Below are positions 31,369-33,220 of a stretch of 33,220 bases of DNA, piece after piece (positions within the stretch are counted from its first letter, which is position 1; the number at the start of each line of letters is the position of its first letter). The stretch is taken from positions 1 to 33,220 of the IMG/VR virus record IMGVR_UViG_2874920711_000012; one strand, written 5' to 3'. Source of the stretch: a virus. Lineage: Duplodnaviria; Heunggongvirae; Uroviricota; Caudoviricetes. The notes under the pieces were generated by a model. That model did not search any database, was not told the DNA's origin, and saw only the letters and a program-made list of their open reading frames with translations. Position numbers and translations under genes: made by a program.

Positions 31369-31587
31369 ATGTTTCATTGTCCTTTATGCCAGCATGCCGC
31401 ACATGCGCGTACAAGCCGCTATATCACTGACACGACAAAAGAGCGTTATCACCAGTGTCAGAACGTGAATTGCAGTGCCACGTTCATCACTTATGAGTCG
31501 GTACAGCGATACATCGTGAAGCCGGGAGAAGTCCACGCCGTAAGGCCGCACCCGTTGCCATCAGGGCAGCAAATTATGTGGATGTAA
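31369..31587 (+). CDS. ogr: Ogr zinc-finger late transcription activator
   Basis: MFHCPLCQHAAHARTSRYITDTTKERYHQCQNVNCSATF… (72 aa, CxxC…CxxxxC); the ORF track's upstream extension is unlikely. Confidence 0.85.
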   Translation: MFHCPLCQHAAHARTSRYITDTTKERYHQCQNVNCSATFITYESVQRYIVKPGEVHAVRPHPLPSGQQIMWM

Positions 31588-31597
31588 TTACAAACAG

Positions 31598-31624
31598 AAA
31601 GCCCCTCAGTCGAGGGCTTTTTTG
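31598..31624 (+). terminator. Intrinsic terminator after ogr
   Basis: Hairpin AAAGCCCCTCAGTCGAGGGCTTT followed by a T-run. Confidence 0.6.
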
Positions 31625-31687
31625 TCGATGTGGTCAATGTGTGGACGTGACCAGAAATAAATCCTTTTATTTCAATTTATTGTACGT

Positions 31688-31714
31688 AAAAAATAAGCCC
31701 GTGTAAGGGAGATT
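31688..31714. other. attR: P2 att core at the prophage right junction (attR)
   Basis: AAAAAATAAGCCCGTGTAAGGGAGATT matches the recalled P2 att core; overlaps the CyaR terminator. Confidence 0.65.
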
Positions 31715-31774
31715 ACACAGGCTAAGGAGGTGGTTCCTGGTACAGCTAGCATTTTATGGGTTATGTTTTTCAGC
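31688..31774 (-). ncRNA. cyaR: CyaR (RyeE) Hfq-dependent sRNA
   Basis: Reverse complement reads GCTGAAAAACATAACCCATAAAATGCTAGCTGTACCAGGAACCACCTCCTTAGCCTGTGTAATCTCCCTTACACGGGCTTATTTTTT, matching CyaR as recalled, including its terminator. Confidence 0.85.
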
Positions 31775-31858
31775 GAAACGGATGATAACCTTAATAAATG
31801 CAGCTGTATGTGATCGGTTTCTAAGAATTTTCCATCCGGGAAAAATAATCGAAATTAA

Positions 31859-33220
31859 TCACTTACCGTGGGGGTTACGCGTGGTTTCCCCGGAGAAATT
31901 ACGCATTAGCAGCGCGTAATTTAGCTCAAGATCCTGCGGGACCGGGAGCCACACAGTATAACCATCGCCTGGTGCGACCGGCATAGCTTCGCCTTTGGCG
32001 TTTTCCATGTGCTCAAGGGTAAAGTTAATGTTGCCTTGCGGCGTCATCAGCTCAAGACTGTCGCCAACGGAGAATTTATTTTTCACCGCTACCGCTGCGA
32101 GGTCCCCCTTGCGCTCACCGGTAAACTCACCAACAAACTGCTGGCGGTCAGAAACTGAATAACCGTATTCGTAGTTCTGATAATCGTCGTGAGTATGACG
32201 ACGCAGGAAACCTTCGGTATAGCCACGATGCGCCAGACCTTCCAGAGTTTCCAGCAGGCTGGTATCGAACGGTTTTCCCGCAGCGGCGTCATCGATAGCT
32301 TTGCGGTAAACCTGTGCGGTGCGTGCGCAATAGTAGAAAGATTTGGTACGACCTTCGATTTTCAGCGAATGCACGCCCATTTTGGTCAGGCGTTCTACAT
32401 GGGCGATGGCGCGCAGATCTTTCGAGTTCATGATGTAAGTGCCGTGCTCATCTTCAAACGCGGTCATATACTCGCCCGGACGCTGGGCCTCTTCGATCAT
32501 AAACACTTTGTCGGTTGGCGCGCCGATACCCAGCGTCGGCTCAACATTTTGCACCGGAATCGGCTCGTACTTGTGTACGATGTTGCCAACGTCATCTTCT
32601 TTCCCTTCCTGGACGTTGTACTCCCAGCGGCAGGCGTTGGTGCAGGTACCCTGGTTCGGATCGCGCTTGTTGATATAGCCAGAGAGCAGGCAGCGACCGG
32701 AGTAGGCCATGCACAGTGCGCCGTGAACGAAGATCTCGATCTCCATATCCGGCACCTGATTGCGGATCTCTTCAATCTCTTCAAGCGACAGCTCGCGAGA
32801 GAGGATCACGCGGGTCAGGCCCATTTGCTGCCAGAATTTCACCGTCGCCCAGTTTACGGCGTTAGCCTGCACCGAGAGGTGGATCGGCATTTCAGGGAAG
32901 TGCTCACGCACCAGCATAATCAGCCCTGGATCGGACATAATCAGCGCATCCGGCCCCATTTCCACCACCGGTTTCAGGTCACGGATAAAGGTTTTCAGCT
33001 TGGCGTTGTGCGGTGCAATGTTGACCACGACATAAAACTTTTTCCCCAGCGCGTGGGCTTCATTGATGCCGAGCTGAAGATTTTCGTGGTTGAATTCGTT
33101 GTTGCGCACACGTAGGGAGTAACGCGGCTGGCCCGCATAAACAGCATCTGCGCCATAAGCGAAAGCGTAACGCATATTTTTCAGCGTTCCCGCCGGGGAA
33201 AGGAGTTCCGGTTTAAACAT
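31859..33220 (-). CDS. yegQ: Peptidase U32-family protein YegQ (host gene)
   Basis: 453-aa ORF starting at the last base of the window; sequence matches enterobacterial YegQ as recalled; it flanks cyaR and the P2-like ogr locus as in E. coli K-12. Confidence 0.85.
   Translation of the reverse strand: MFKPELLSPAGTLKNMRYAFAYGADAVYAGQPRYSLRVRNNEFNHENLQLGINEAHALGKKFYVVVNIAPHNAKLKTFIRDLKPVVEMGPDALIMSDPGLIMLVREHFPEMPIHLSVQANAVNWATVKFWQQMGLTRVILSRELSLEEIEEIRNQVPDMEIEIFVHGALCMAYSGRCLLSGYINKRDPNQGTCTNACRWEYNVQEGKEDDVGNIVHKYEPIPVQNVEPTLGIGAPTDKVFMIEEAQRPGEYMTAFEDEHGTYIMNSKDLRAIAHVERLTKMGVHSLKIEGRTKSFYYCARTAQVYRKAIDDAAAGKPFDTSLLETLEGLAHRGYTEGFLRRHTHDDYQNYEYGYSVSDRQQFVGEFTGERKGDLAAVAVKNKFSVGDSLELMTPQGNINFTLEHMENAKGEAMPVAPGDGYTVWLPVPQDLELNYALLMRNFSGETTRNPHGK

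Overview
This window is the structural/late half of a P2-like (Peduovirus) prophage in an Escherichia/Shigella chromosome, running from the cos-proximal old/tin-type cargo locus to attR beside cyaR and yegQ. All calls below are from reading the sequence and recalled protein families; no searches were run. The phage gene order is Q-P (minus strand), then O, N, M/X remnant, Y, K, lysA/B/C, R, S, V, W, J, I, H, G, FI, FII, E/E', T, U, D, ogr (plus strand), with the P2 cos sequence at 431-449 and the P2 att core overlapping the 3' end of the CyaR sRNA at 31688-31714. The prophage looks defective: IS4 sits in the capsid gene N with a 13-bp target duplication, and a deletion fuses the start of M to the end of X, removing most of M, all of L and most of X. 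Five IS elements are present: IS630 (one partial copy at the window start, one complete), IS4, IS2, an IS10-like element and IS911. Many phage and IS genes carry +/-1 indels in short G/C runs; this may be genuine decay or homopolymer sequencing error, so CDS ends and pseudogene calls are provisional. The most interesting content is AT-rich cargo at three known P2 moron loci: (1) an uncharacterised two-gene module between S and V (a soluble ~188-aa protein plus a 139-aa two-TM protein), the best candidate for an undescribed phage-defence or exclusion system; (2) an 8.7-kb locus between G and FI holding a structured leader with a small hydrophobic peptide ORF, a TM-anchored protein, a 261-aa unknown protein and an HNH-nuclease-domain protein split by IS911; (3) a 3' gene fragment with an Rx4H motif truncated by IS630 next to cos.
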